DNA of 64,000 nt from Callorhinchus milii (Eukaryota). The translations under genes were made by a program, and so were the position numbers. The stretch lies in contig NW_024704742.1 in the NCBI RefSeq assembly GCF_018977255.1, forward strand, positions 75,828,001-75,892,000. Direction: 5' to 3'. Of the stretch, positions 1 through 11,787 are shown piece by piece. Position 1 is the first letter of the stretch. Every line of letters starts with the position of its first letter. The notes under the pieces were generated by a model. That model was not told the origin of the DNA and did not search any database. It was given only the letters and a program-made list of their open reading frames with translations.

Positions 1-834
1 AAATATTAGAAGAGAACAATGAGAAGGATTTCTCTCCTCCCAGGGCATGTTGAACACATTAGAGAGGTGCAGTGCTGATGTTCAGTAATATTACATCAGT
101 AGTATGTACTCAATAGCAGCAGATGAGCACTGTAGTAAGTTCAAATTGTACTCAAGCTCCAGCCTGCTTCACGTCCCCCGCCCCCCCCCTCCCCCCTTTA
201 TGATTAGGTCACACACAGAGTTATTTTATATGCAAACAGTTGCCTCCATACCTGCAGAAGCAGCAGATCCCATTCATTTTCTTTAGTGTTGTTCCATTAC
301 TGCGGTGATGCTTTTGAAACAGCAGACTACCCACTAGCAGCCCAAATTCCTCTCCCACATAGTGTCCTGCAAACTAATACTATTTGGTTTATATTCTTGC
401 CCAATATTTTCACTCTGGATTCATCCTCATTCAGTAACATTGCCACTTTATCAGCCCAAATCTGTATCCTATTCCTATTTGTATTTAGTCAGCCAGTTCT
501 CCTCCATTTGTATCTACCACCAGACTGACATCGCCAGCCGATTTAGGTAACTGTTGTTTATGTTCTCACTTTGAAATAGTTTATGTACAGTATAAGTATT
601 ATTGACCCAAACATGGAGACCTGCATTGCTATCAACAGATGGACAGAGCAGTGCCAGTGGAGAGACAATTGAGTTGGGGAAGGAAAGTTAGGACAGGAAG
701 CAGCAAGGTCTGAGTGGTTGTGGGAGGAGGGTAAATGAGAGGTAGAAACTTATAACCGTAATATTCATCCTTGCGTTTGGTATAGTGGCTTTCACGTCAG
801 GAGGTCTCAAATGCGCTTCATGGGATATACTATA

Positions 835-1255
835 AAATAATAATCCTTGTATTTGATATGCGCCTATCACATTGTTAAGATGTCTCAAAGCGATTCACAG
901 GATATAATGTAAAGTGGATTGGCTGTATAGTTTGTGGGTGAAATCCGGCTGCCAAGTTGCACACAGCAATGTTCCACAAACAACCATGAAGTGAGTGACC
1001 AACTTTATTTGTGAATTATTGGCCACGACACCGAGAGTAACTCCCTTTCCTTTTTGAATAGTACCAAGGTATCTTTAACATCCACCTGAACAGGCAGACG
1101 GACCTCGGTTTAACATCTCATCCAACAATGCAGCACACCTCCAGCACTGCACTGGAGGGTCAGCCTAGATCAAATAAGTTCCGAAATGTGGAGCTTCGAC
1201 CCGCAATCCTTTGGACTCGTAGAAGAGAGTGCTACCAACTGAGCCAGGCTGACAC
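835..1255 (-). mobile_element. Older ~420-bp Deu-domain SINE (SacSINE1/AmnSINE1-like); further copies ~9390-9690, 10464-10790, 10880-11610, 19445-19930, 20315-20550, 25735-26152, 33490-33695, 34885-35625, 39235-39680, 47505-47750, 56598-57070, 59585-60670
   Basis: Head gtcagcctggctcagttggtagcactct; core ggatgagatgttaaaccgaggtccgtctgcctgttcaggtggatgttaaagat, recalled as the DeuSINE central domain; not database-checked. Confidence 0.78.
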
Positions 1256-1957
1256 GCAATTGGATGAAATGAGAAAGAGGAGTTGAAAATTGAAGTCAGA
1301 CATGGTGTGGAGTGCTATGTGTTCAAGACAGAGATATGTCAGAGGCTGGTAGCACGAGTGCCTGAGATTGGGAGAAAAGAGTCAGAGGTGGAGGCAAGCT
1401 AAAGGGGAGGGGGTTGATCCAATGGCACAGTTATCTCACACAGATTTTGAAATTGTGAAAAATTATTTTGTATTGAGTAAAATGTTATAAAGCCTGAGCA
1501 AGGATTAATTACTATCTGTAAGTTTATCAAGGACACTTCCACTCCACTCTGTAGATTGTGTGTAAGGGAGTCAGAGATGCAGATGCAGGGGATAATTTAA
1601 GTTTTGATGAATCAGCGCTAGTCTTTTCTCATGTTTGCACAGATGTAATTTGCTTACAAAAATACATTCACTACATTTTACAATGAATCCTGTAAAACGT
1701 TTTGAGATATCTTCCCAACATGAAAGGCGCTGTACCAAATGCAAGGATAATTATTTATTATGATACTAGTCACTGCTTTCAGAATTAGATCTGTGCTGCA
1801 GTGGTGTTTTTCTCTACAGGAGATACAGCTGGTCTAATCCCAGTTGCTCCTCATACCCTTTATTGAAAATAGCCTCTGGTGGGAGCTTTATTTAATATCA
1901 TTGGCTGCAATGCCATGCTGTAATTACAGGCAGACGTAGACAAGCTTGCTCCTGTAC

Positions 1958-2110
1958 CTTGGAGTTTGCCACTTCAGTCAGCCCAAGCTCTTTGATGACC
2001 TTGTCAATTCTTTTATTCTGTTCTATTCGACCGATATGCCTCGGCAAACGCAAGGCAGCAGAGAACTGGAGATTCTCTCTCACAGTCAGTGTCCCCATCA
2101 CCACATCATC
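1958..2110 (-). CDS. ABCG2: ABCG2-like exon (DDVVMGTLTVRENLQFSAALRLP...ELGLTEVANSK)
   Basis: 153 nt, aag| acceptor, aag|gtacag donor. Confidence 0.95.
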
Positions 2111-2429
2111 CTTCGAAATAATAGAATTAATAGCACGAGTCAGAGAGACAGTGATTGCACTAATCATGCAAGAGTAACATTATTGTTGGATCTACAACAA
2201 ATACACTCAAAGAATCCAGTAGAAAGTTTCAGAGAGGAGGTTATTCTACACTTGTCAATAAAGATATCCACCTTCAGGACTATGCAATTATAACAGTGGG
2301 ATTCTCTAAAAAAAAATTTTCATTCACATCAAATTTCCTGAGAGGCAAAGAATAACCCCAAAGTGTCCAAATTGGATCGTCTGTCATTACTGTAAAAGTT
2401 TGCATTACTGACACAATACAATACAAATT

Positions 2430-2800
2430 GACATTTATATAGCATCTTTCACGTCGGGAGAACGTCCCAAAGTGCTTAAGTATTGGCTGGATACTGGCTG
2501 GGCACCAAAAGTGGGTGAGAAAGGAAAAGATGACCAGGAAAGATGATCGAATGTGCGGTCAGAGACTGGTCTTCAGATGGACCTTGAAAAATGTGAGGGA
2601 TGGAGTTCCAGAGGGTTGGGGCAGAGAGCTCCCCCACACCCACCGATGGGGATGTGAGGAGGACGGGGGACATGAAGTAGACTATCCCGTTGAGGGAAGG
2701 AAGTGGCCACGCCGTAGGGTTTGTGGAGGTCAGAGGTGGGTTGAGGTGACAGGTATTTAAAGGTGAGAACAAGGATGTTGAACACAAGCCACGGGGGGAA
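2430..2800 (-). mobile_element. L2 3' fragment (similar short pieces at ~22140-22360 +, 37515-37705 +, 57070-57280 -, 61817-62075 -)
   Basis: SAPTLWNSIP motif and shared 3' tail. Confidence 0.8.
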
Positions 2801-3269
2801 TCGAGAGCAAATTGAGACAAACAAGAATGCGGGTGATACACTTGCAGATAGGCCTGGTGCAAGAAAGGACTTGGGTTGGAAAGCTTTAATATATATAGCG
2901 TGTATTTTGTTTGTAAACATGGCAGCCAATTTGTTCATAGCAATGTCCGACAGACAATCATGAAGTGAATAATTGTTGGTCAGGACACCAGGAAAAACTC
3001 CCTCTTCTCCTTTTTTGAATAGTGGCATGGGATCTTTAATGTCCATTTTGATGGTGAATTCTATCACAAACCACTACAAGCCTCTCCAACAGAGCTCAGA
3101 GACTTTCTAATGGACGTAAGTGACTAACATGAGTGGCTTTCTGTAACTTGAATTTCTCTCTATATATCTAAACCAGACAAAATGCTTCAAGACAGACAGG
3201 TGTTAGGGCTCCTGCAGAGCTGACCTGTAAGATCTCAGCTAGTCCAGTTCCATAAACAAGAGTTCTCAC

Positions 3270-3384
3270 CTGTATAACATATCCAGAGATACATTTGAAG
3301 TTTGGAGGCTGGGGAGCACCATCTAACAGCAGCTCCCCTGTCAGACCAGCCTCAGCTTTCCTGGCAGCCAAAATATCTAACAAC
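3270..3384 (-). CDS. ABCG2: ABCG2-like exon (LLDILAARK...QPPNFKCISGYVIQ)
   Basis: 115 nt, ccag| acceptor, cag|gtgag donor. Confidence 0.95.
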
Positions 3385-4041
3385 CTGGAAAGTAACCAAA
3401 ACAAACAGCAGTTTATATTTGCTGGAGAAAAATCTCTGGAGTGTTCAGTGCAACCTTAAATTATACACCTGAAAGCTGTCAACAGAAAGAAAAAGATTTT
3501 CTAAGCCAGGAAAAGGCGAAGTCTCCTGAGGTTGAACTTGCTACGGGGAAGACACAACTGGCAGAGCCTAGCAGATCTGTACTCACAACCTGAAGCAGAT
3601 TCAAAAGTATTGATTTTTGTATTGAAAGATTTCACATGTTCTCATGTCTGTGAGTCCAGTGTACCAAGATGTGTGCTATGTTGTGTGGCTACTCCTTACC
3701 CTTTCATAAGTCTAAAATGTTAAGAGTGAAATAGCTGCAAATCTTTCACTGTGTGTTTTTAACCGTAGATCTCCTGTTACAAACATGCAATAAAAGATTA
3801 CCGACACACAGCGAATAATGCTCAATGCTCAACTCCAACTAATTCTGTTTTATAACACACAGAATTACTACACTTGCCAGCAATTACCTGTGATATTCTT
3901 TCAGATGTTATAACATTATAGGAACAATATCAAAAGCAAAGATTGCTAACAGGATAATATGAACCAGGGTTGGGTACATAAAGTACAATAAGCCACAAAC
4001 TTCCTAAGTATTTTCCAGGGAAAAAGATCATAAACACTTAC

Positions 4042-4101
4042 GAGGACTTTCCACTGCCTGTAGGACCTAGGATAGCATTCATTCCAGGGCTCATAATGCC
4101 A
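4042..4101 (-). CDS. ABCG2: ABCG2-like 60-nt exon with Walker A (GIMSPGMNAILGPTGSGKSS)
   Basis: Not in ORF track; read by hand: tatag|tggcattatg...aagtcctc|gtaagt. Confidence 0.95.
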
Positions 4102-5666
4102 CTATAAAACAGGAAGGAAATAGTCCAAACAATGTCTTGTATTACACCAGCAAAATCCATTCACGTTACTTGACAGATCCTACACAATCCTTGTTGCCAT
4201 ACAAAAAGAACAAAGAAAGTAAAGCTAACTCAAGGTGAGTTCAAGTTAAGACAGACAAAGTGCAACGCTTAAGAGATATATTGATAATAAATGGACATTT
4301 GAAAAAACAAATGTGGTGTTTCACTTCTTATAACACACATATCTCTTGTGCAACAGTAGGTGTATACAGTATTAATAAATGCTCAGCCAGTGAATAATAA
4401 TTTTCATTCTATAATTCAATTTAGTAGTCACACTTAATAACAGTAACAAAATTACATTTAAAGAGCGCCTGACAGGTGTATATATACAGTGCTTTTTTGT
4501 GAAAATAAAGATACAGACAAAAGAGCACAAGATTATAAACTGAGTTCAACTACTTCATGTTAGTCACTAATTTATGAAACACTCCTTAGTTATTTGAAGA
4601 TATTTAAAAGATATGTCATATATGTGAGATATACATGTTTAAGAAATGTAAAACTCACTGAATGCAGCTATAAAAGGATTGCAAATATAAGGATTATTGT
4701 AATAAGGAGAAACAGCCAGAGACGATATTAGAGAAAATTATAATAATAATCCTTACATTTGGTATAATATCTTTCACTTTGAGAAGCTGTCTCAAAGCAC
4801 AAAGATCCATGAAATGAACGACCAATTTTATCTGATGGATTGTTGACCAGAACACCAAGAGAAACGCCCTTCTCTTTTCGAACGGAGTCACCGGATCTTT
4901 AGCTTTCCAATGGCAGAAGTAAGGATTAATTGACATTTTTTGTAATGTAACATTCTGAGCCAATGTGTCAGATATTTTGGCAGGTTACTGCCTCTCCACT
5001 TCACTCAACTTGAAAGACAATTTTATACTGTGGTTGGTTTCTTCGGTTCAAACATGTCCCATTTCTCAATATTTTTATACTTCGGATCACAAGATTAGTT
5101 CAGTGAAGAAGGCTTTACGCCCCACCTCCAGAACACCTACCCTACCATTCCCTCAATCACCGGATCAAGTTGTTTCTCAAGTGAGCACCATATCCTGACC
5201 TCACCACCTTCCTGATAACCCGTTCTTATCATTAAATACCCTCTGGATAATTAAAAAAAACACTTCCTGGTGTTCGCCCTGAAATTGCCCTTTGCAAATC
5301 TAAATCTACGTCCTCTCGATCTCCTGTATTGGTGCATCCTAAAGTATTGTTATGGGTTTCTAAAATCTTTTTACTTTTATTAAATCCTATTTAAATAATA
5401 ATAATAATGAACCTTGCATTTGATGTAGTGCCTTATCACGTCGTTGAGATGTCTCAAAGCGCTTAACAGAATATATTGTAGATTTTGTGAGTGGAACGCG
5501 GCAGACAATTGTGCACAGCAGCGTCCCACAAACCGTTGTGGATTAAGTGACCAAATTATTATTCTAATTTTTTTTAAGCAATTATTACCTCCAGAAAGCG
5601 ATCTGCCAATCGACCTACAACAGGTTTCCCACCAAATAAAATAATCAACTAGATAAAAGTACTTAC

Positions 5667-5857
5667 TTGATATCAGTTAGAATTTCCTTCATTTTGACCT
5701 TATTGAAGTAGGGTGGACCACTTCTGGTTTTCACTCTGTAGTAAATGCTGTAAAAAGTGACTGTACATCCAGCAGGTAGCTCAGACTTGTCTGACTGAGG
5801 CACAGCGCCATATTTATCAGCCGTGGCTACAGCATTGGCAGCTTTAGATTTGAACAT
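5667..5857 (-). CDS. ABCG2: ABCG2-like first coding exon (MFKSKAANA...TVTFYSIYYRVK...KEILTDI)
   Basis: ATG at 5857; upstream acceptor ttttatag| near 5878; donor |gtaagt at 5666, phase 2. Confidence 0.85.
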
Positions 5858-6009
5858 ATCAGCTGGTTATCTGTTCTCTATAAAATAGATAAAAAGTCCG
5901 TTCAGACCACATTTCACAGTCTAGTATTTTTTAAGGTAAATTTCAATTTCCTTTTCCACCATAATCCATGATATTGTTATTTCATCTATACAGTACATCA
6001 TAAAACCGA

Positions 6010-6335
6010 TGATGATAATAATAATAATCCTTGCGTTTGATATAGCGCTGTTCACGTCGGGAGGACGTCCCAAAGCGCTTCACAGAACAAACTGTAAAGT
6101 GAATTGACTGTGTATTTGTGGGCGAACGCGGCAGCCAATTGTGCACAGCAATGTCCCACAAACAGTCGTAGATTGAAAATGACCAATTTAATTATTGGTT
6201 TGGGTTTTGGAGGGATTATTATTAGGCTCTGTGTGGAGTAAGGAAACTTGCCCAAGGTTTCGCCCTGTGCCTGGAATTGAACTCAGGTCTCTCACTTGCA
6301 AAGCGAGTGCTCTAACCACTGAGCTACAGGACTCC
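6010..6335 (-). mobile_element. Young tRNA-derived SINE (Deu-domain-like core, L2-type tail), short form
   Basis: Head ggagtcctgtagctcagtggttagagc (A box), gagttcaattcc (B box); core tgtgggacattgctgtgcacaattggctgccgcgtt; (tta)n tail. Confidence 0.92.
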
Positions 6336-7095
6336 GATGTCAGCCAGAGAGAGTGTACAAACATACCAATTCTTATCTATTTTCTTTTTTAAAAAAGTGG
6401 TTTCGAAAAAATAAATGATATAGATTGGAATATATATTCAGATTACAGAACGCGTGCAAAATATCAGCATTTTCTTCAACCCTTAGCTCTCCATTAACTC
6501 TTTCATCCAGTCCCTGGCCCAGTCCTGTTTTCTGCAACCTTGAATATTAATAATAATGCCTGCGTATTATAGACAATCTCTCTCCTACACCAGTCCCATC
6601 CAACTCGGGCTCCATTCTCTTTGCACCACATTGAGGCATTTTCCTACGTGAAAGATGCTGTATAGATGCAAGTTGTAGCTCACATCCAAAATGTATTTAT
6701 TACATAAAAATAAAGACAGCAGGTCTTGAACATTTTGAATCCCAGTGATTGACAGCACAAATGGGAGTGTGGAAAACTGAACGCCACACCTAAAACGGAA
6801 AACCTTGAACAATGTTTTAAAAATCTCAAAACCAAGAGACTTTGTTTCGTGTAATGTCGATCAGTCACTCCAAGATATTAAAATATAACAATAATGAGCC
6901 TTGCATTTGGTATAGCGCCTTTCACATTGTCCGAAACAGGATTTACTGTAAAGTGTAGCGACTGTTTTGCAGGTGATGAGTCCCTTTATTGTGTGTATAT
7001 ATTTAAAAAAATATTAATAGTGTTTTAACTTACTAGTTGTCTTGAACCCTCCCACACACAAAAAATAGACAACAGCACCGCCTTATCACACTCAC

Positions 7096-7210
7096 CTGAA
7101 GTGAAAACTAAACTGAGTGTCAAAACTAATACGATTTTGACATTTAAATCTGCAGCAACGTGACTCTTCTTCAAAAGCAAACACACTCCCTGGGCAACTG
7201 CTGTAAGTGC
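7096..7210 (-). other. Candidate non-coding first exon of ABCG2-like gene
   Basis: Strong donor ttcag|gtgagt at 7095 in unique sequence; the first coding exon has an acceptor upstream of its ATG, so a 5' UTR exon is expected. 5' boundary is a guess. Confidence 0.4.
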
Positions 7211-7224
7211 CCAGCAGCCTGGCC

Positions 7225-7630
7225 TCTGCCACTCACACACACACTGCCCTGAGTCACTGCCACTCACACCAACCTACACACTCACACACACTGCCCTGAG
7301 CCACTGCCACTCACACCAACCTACACACTCACACACACACTGCCCTGAGCCACTGCCACTCACACCAACCTACACACTCACACACACTGCCCTGAGCCAC
7401 TGCCACTCACACCAACCTACACACTCACACACACACTGCCCTGAGCCACTGCCACTCACACCAACCTACACACTCACACACACACTGCCCTGAGCCACTG
7501 CCACTCACAACCTACACACTCACACACACACTGCCCTGAGCCACTGCCAACACTCACTCACTCACTCACTCACTCTGCCCTGAACCTCAGCCACTGCCAA
7601 CACTCACACTCACTCACACACACACTGAGG
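7225..7630. repeat. Minisatellite, ~7-8 units of ~46-49 bp
   Basis: Unit cactgccctgagccactgccactcacaccaacctacacact(ca)n. Confidence 0.95.
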
Positions 7631-7639
7631 CCTCAGCTC

Positions 7640-9258
7640 ACTGCACTGCTCACTACCCCCCTCCTACTGTACCTCCCCCCCTCCCTCCTACTGCACCTCC
7701 TCCCCTCCCTCCTACTGCACCTCCCCCCCACCTCCTGCTGCACCGCCCCCCACTGCACCTCCCCCCCCCACTGTACCTCCCCCCTCCTACTGCACCTCCC
7801 CCCCCACTGTACCTCCCCCCACTGTACCTCCCCCCCTCCTACTGCACCTCCCCCCCCACTGTACCCCCCCCACCTCCTGCTGCACCTCCCCCCCCCCTCC
7901 TGCTGCACCTCCCCCCCCACTGTACCTCCCCCCACTGTACCTCCCCCCTCCTACTGCACCTCCCCCCCCACTGTACCCCCCCCACCTCCTGCTGCACCTC
8001 CCCCCCCCCTCCTGCTGCACCTCCCCCCCCCACTGCACCTCCCCCCCCCCACTGTACCTCCCCCCCCCACTGTACCTCCCCCCACTGTACCTCCCCCTCC
8101 TACTGCACCTCCCCCCCCACTGTACCCCCCACCTCCTGCTGCACCTCCCCCCCCCTCCTGCTGCACCTCCCCCCCACTGTACCTCCCCCCTCCTACTGCA
8201 CCTCCCCCCCCACTGTACCCCCCCCCACTGTACCTCCCCCCCTCCTACTGCACCTCCCCCCCCCACTGTACCTCCCCCCACCTCCTGCTGCACCTCCCCC
8301 CCACCTCCTGCTGCACCGCCCCCCCCCACTGTACCTCCCCCCCTCCTACTGCACCTCCCCTCCCTCCTACTGCACCTCCCCCCCCCCACTGTACCTCCCC
8401 CTCCTACTGCACCGCCCCCCTCCTACTGCACCTCCCCCCCCACTGCACCTCCCCCCCCCCACTGTACCTCCTCCCCTCCTACTGCACCTCCCCTCCCTCC
8501 TACTGCACCTCCCCCCCCCACTGTACCTCCCCCCTCCTACTGCACCGCCCCCCTCCTACTGCACCTCCCCCCCCCACTGCACCTCCCCCCCCCACTGTAC
8601 CTCCTCCCCTCCTACTGCACCTCCCCCCCTCCTACTGCACCTCCCCCCCCCCACTGTACCTCCTCCCCTCCTACTGCACCCCCCCCACTGTACCTCCCCC
8701 CTCCTACTGCACCTCCCCCCCCCACTGCACCTCCCCCCCCACTGCACCTCCCCCCACCCACTGCACCTCCCCCCACCTCCTACTGCACCTCCCCCCCCCA
8801 CTGCACCTCCCCCCCACCTCCTACTGCACCTCCCCCCCCACTGCACCTCCCCCCACCCACTGCACCTCCCCCCCACCTCCTACTGCACCTCCCCCCCCAC
8901 TGCACCTCCCCCCCCCACTGTACCTCCTCCCCTCCTACTGCACCTCCCTCCCTCCTACTGCACCTCCCCCCCCCACTGTACCTCCCCCCCTCCTACTGCA
9001 CCGCCCCCCCCTCCTACTGCACCTCCCCCCCCACTGCACCTCCCCCCCCCCACTGTACCTCCTCCCCTCCTACTGCACCTCCCCCCCTCCTACTGCACCT
9101 CCCCCCCCCACTGTACCTCCTCCCCTCCTACTGCACCCCCCCCCACTGTACCTCCCCCCTCCTACTGCACCTCCCCCCCCCACTGCACCTCCCCCCCCCA
9201 CTGCACCTCCCCCACCCACTGCACCTCCCCCCACCTCCTACTGCACCTCCCCCCCTCC
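7640..9258. repeat. C-rich minisatellite, ~15-19 bp units
   Basis: Alternating ctcct(a/g)ctgcacctCn and cactg(t/c)acctCn. Confidence 0.97.
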
Positions 9259-9362
9259 TGTCACACACACACAGGATCACACTAAACACCTGTCACACAC
9301 ACACACACACACAGGATCACACTAAACACCTGTCTGACACACACAGAGGATTCACACTAAAT
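9257..9362. repeat. Short tandem repeat, 3 units
   Basis: cctgt(ca)nggatcacactaaa x3. Confidence 0.85.
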
Positions 9363-9844
9363 AAATACGAGTTGTTGTTGTTGACCAATGTATCTGGAAG
9401 ATTGTCAGCTATCCTGACATCAGTGTTGTTAAAAGGGTCTTGAATTAGGACACTGGGAGAAACTACCTTTTTCCCAGGAGTGTCATGGAATATTTAATGG
9501 CCACCAATAACATTGTTCGAAAAGAGAAGGGCAGAGACTTCACCAAAGAATGGCACCTCCGACAATGTAGCACTGATCCAGTATTACATTGGACTGTCAG
9601 CATAGGCGAGAACTGAGGTCCACAATGGGGCTTAAACCCACAACCTTTGCTTCAGAGGCAAGAGTACTGCCATCTGACTGAGATTGACACCTGTTTAAAT
9701 CTGGCACACCATTCAACGTGCCTTTTACTAAACATGGAATAACTACAATGAGCTGTGGTTTCTACTGCATTTGAACAGCAGTGCTATTGAGAGCTTTGAG
9801 GTACGCGGTCTGTGGCTGAAATTTCCTGGTAACTTGCGATCGAA

Positions 9845-10440
9845 CATAACAAGAAGAACAATGATAACAAATTACATTTGTATACCGTCTTTTATATCAG
9901 GAGAACGTCCCAAGGCGCTGGACAGTCAGGGATCTGCACCCGAGCTGGTGGTTGGGATTAGAAAGGGTGGAGGTCAGGGAGGGTAAGGGTAGGAGGGTGA
10001 CCAAAGGCACAGTCGAAATAGAGGATCTTGAGACGGGTCTTGAAGGAGGCAAGGGAGGGGCCGAGGGGGAGGGGAGGGACTGTGGGATGGAGTGTCAGAG
10101 GGTGGGGGCAGAGTGGCTGAAAGCCTGCCCACTAATGGTGGGGTGGACAAGGTGGGGGATGTGAAGCAGGCTGGAGCTTACTGAGCGGAGGGAGTGGACA
10201 GGCTGGTAGGGGGTTAGGAGGTCCCACAGGTAGGGAAGAATAAGGCCGTGGAGGGCTTTGAAAGTATCTTGAACTGTATCCACTGAGTGATGGGGAGCCA
10301 GTGGAACCGGGCGAGGATGGGGATGATGGGGTCGCTGAGACTGGTGTGGGAAAGGACATTGGCTGCAGAGTTCTGGATGATCTGCAGCCTGTGGAGAGAG
10401 GAGTACGGGAAACCGACAAGCAGGGAGTTTGCGTAAATTC
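9845..10440 (-). mobile_element. L2 LINE 3' fragment
   Basis: FKALHGL..PYLWDLL, GQAFSHSAPTL; tail. Confidence 0.88.
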
Positions 10441-11039
10441 AATTTAAAGCAACATCTTGATGTGTCAGCCTAGCTCAGTTGATAGCACTCTCACCTCTGA
10501 ATCGGAAGGCTGTGGGTTTAAACCCCACATCAGGACTTTGAGTGCACGGCAAAGGCTCACACTCCCGTGCAGGGCTGAGGGACTGCTGCATTGTCAGAGG
10601 TGGTTTTCTTCAGATGAGACTTTAAAATAAGGTTCCATCTGGCCGTCCAGGCTAATGGGAAACATCTCATTGCACTGTTCAAAAATAAGAACAGAGTTTC
10701 TAGTGCTGTCCTGTAGAACAATCCTCCAAATTGGTCATTCACTTCATGACTTGTTTGTGGAGGATTGTTGTGTGTACTCCTGACATGAAGGCGCTATACA
10801 AATGTAATTTGTTGTCGTCGGGTAAATTGGCTACCCGTTTCCCTACAAATATGTAATCACTGCACTTTACAGTAAATGTGTGTCAACCTGGCCCAGTGAT
10901 GGCACTCTTGCCTCTGAGTTAGAAGGTTGTGGGTTCAAGCCCCATGTCAATACTTGGGATCACATTGTCTAAGCTGACACTCCAATGCAGTGCTGAGGGT
11001 GTGTTTCATTGTTGTTAAACCGATATCTTGTCTGCCTGT

Positions 11040-11345
11040 TCACCGGCCTCCAGCCTGCTTCATGTCCCCCGCCTTGCCTGCCCCACCAATGGCGGGCGGG
11101 CCTTCAGCCACTCTGCCCCCACCCTCTGGAACTCCATCCTGCAGTCCCTCCGCCTTACCTCTCCCTTGCCTCCTTCAAGACCCATCTCAAGACCCTTTTC
11201 TTTGACCTTGCCTTTGGTCTCCCTCCTTCCCCGCCCTGCCCTGCACCCTCCCTGATCCCGACCCCCAGCTCGGGTCCAAAACACTGATTGTCTAGCACCT
11301 TGGGTTGTCCTCCTAACATGTATACACATGTAATTTTGTTGTTCC
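11040..11345 (+). mobile_element. L2 3' fragment nested in a SINE
   Basis: GGRAFSHSAPTLWNS, FKTHLKT; flanked by two halves of a Deu-SINE. Confidence 0.88.
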
Positions 11346-11781
11346 AGTCGTTGGATGTTAAAGATCCCTTGGCACTGATTGAAAAGAGAAGGAAGTTTCT
11401 CCCAGTGTCCTGCCTAACAATTCCTCCAAATAAAATTGGTCACCCACTCCATGGCTGATGAGGGAACACTGTTGTGCACAATTGGCTGCCCCATCACACC
11501 CACAAAATATTGTCAATCTTCTTTACAGTATATCCTGTGAAGCACTTTGAGACAGCTCAATGATATGATAAGGCTCTATATCAAATCCAAGGATTATTAT
11601 TATTATTATTAATCCTGTGAAGTGCTTCGAAATATTTGATGGTAATGATAAGGCCTCTATCAAATGCAAAGATTATTATTGTTATTTATTCTTCCTGCCT
11701 GAGCTGATTATCTGTATCAAGAGTTTTCTCAGTGTAGAACAAAATCTACAAACAACATTGTAAATTAAAAAATATAAGGGC

Positions 11782-11787
11782 TTTATT
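11782..11787 (-). terminator. Probable ARHGEF38 polyadenylation signal (implies ~2.2 kb 3' UTR)
   Basis: AATAAA on minus strand, followed ~20 nt later by CA and a GT/T-rich tract; an alternative AATAAA lies at 12085-12090. Confidence 0.6.

Larger units (their letters stand above)
1958..5857 (-). other. ABCG2: ABCG2-like ABC half-transporter gene, 5' part (4 coding exons; continues beyond window start)
   Basis: join 5857-5667, 4101-4042, 3384-3270, 2110-1958 gives an open frame with Walker A GPTGSGKS and Q-loop GYVIQDD; internal exon sizes 60/115/153 match the ABCG2 structure as I recall it. Which ABCG2 paralogue is unresolved. Confidence 0.92.

Noticed and set aside
1..1957. Searched for the next ABCG2 exon (signature motif SGGE)
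   Set aside because: Not found; it presumably lies beyond the window start
7156..7256. ACGTG (HRE core) and TGAGTCA (AP-1) near the candidate ABCG2 first exon
   Set aside because: Short motifs expected by chance; TSS unknown
7633..8876. Gly-rich ORFs
   Set aside because: Artefacts of the G-rich tandem array
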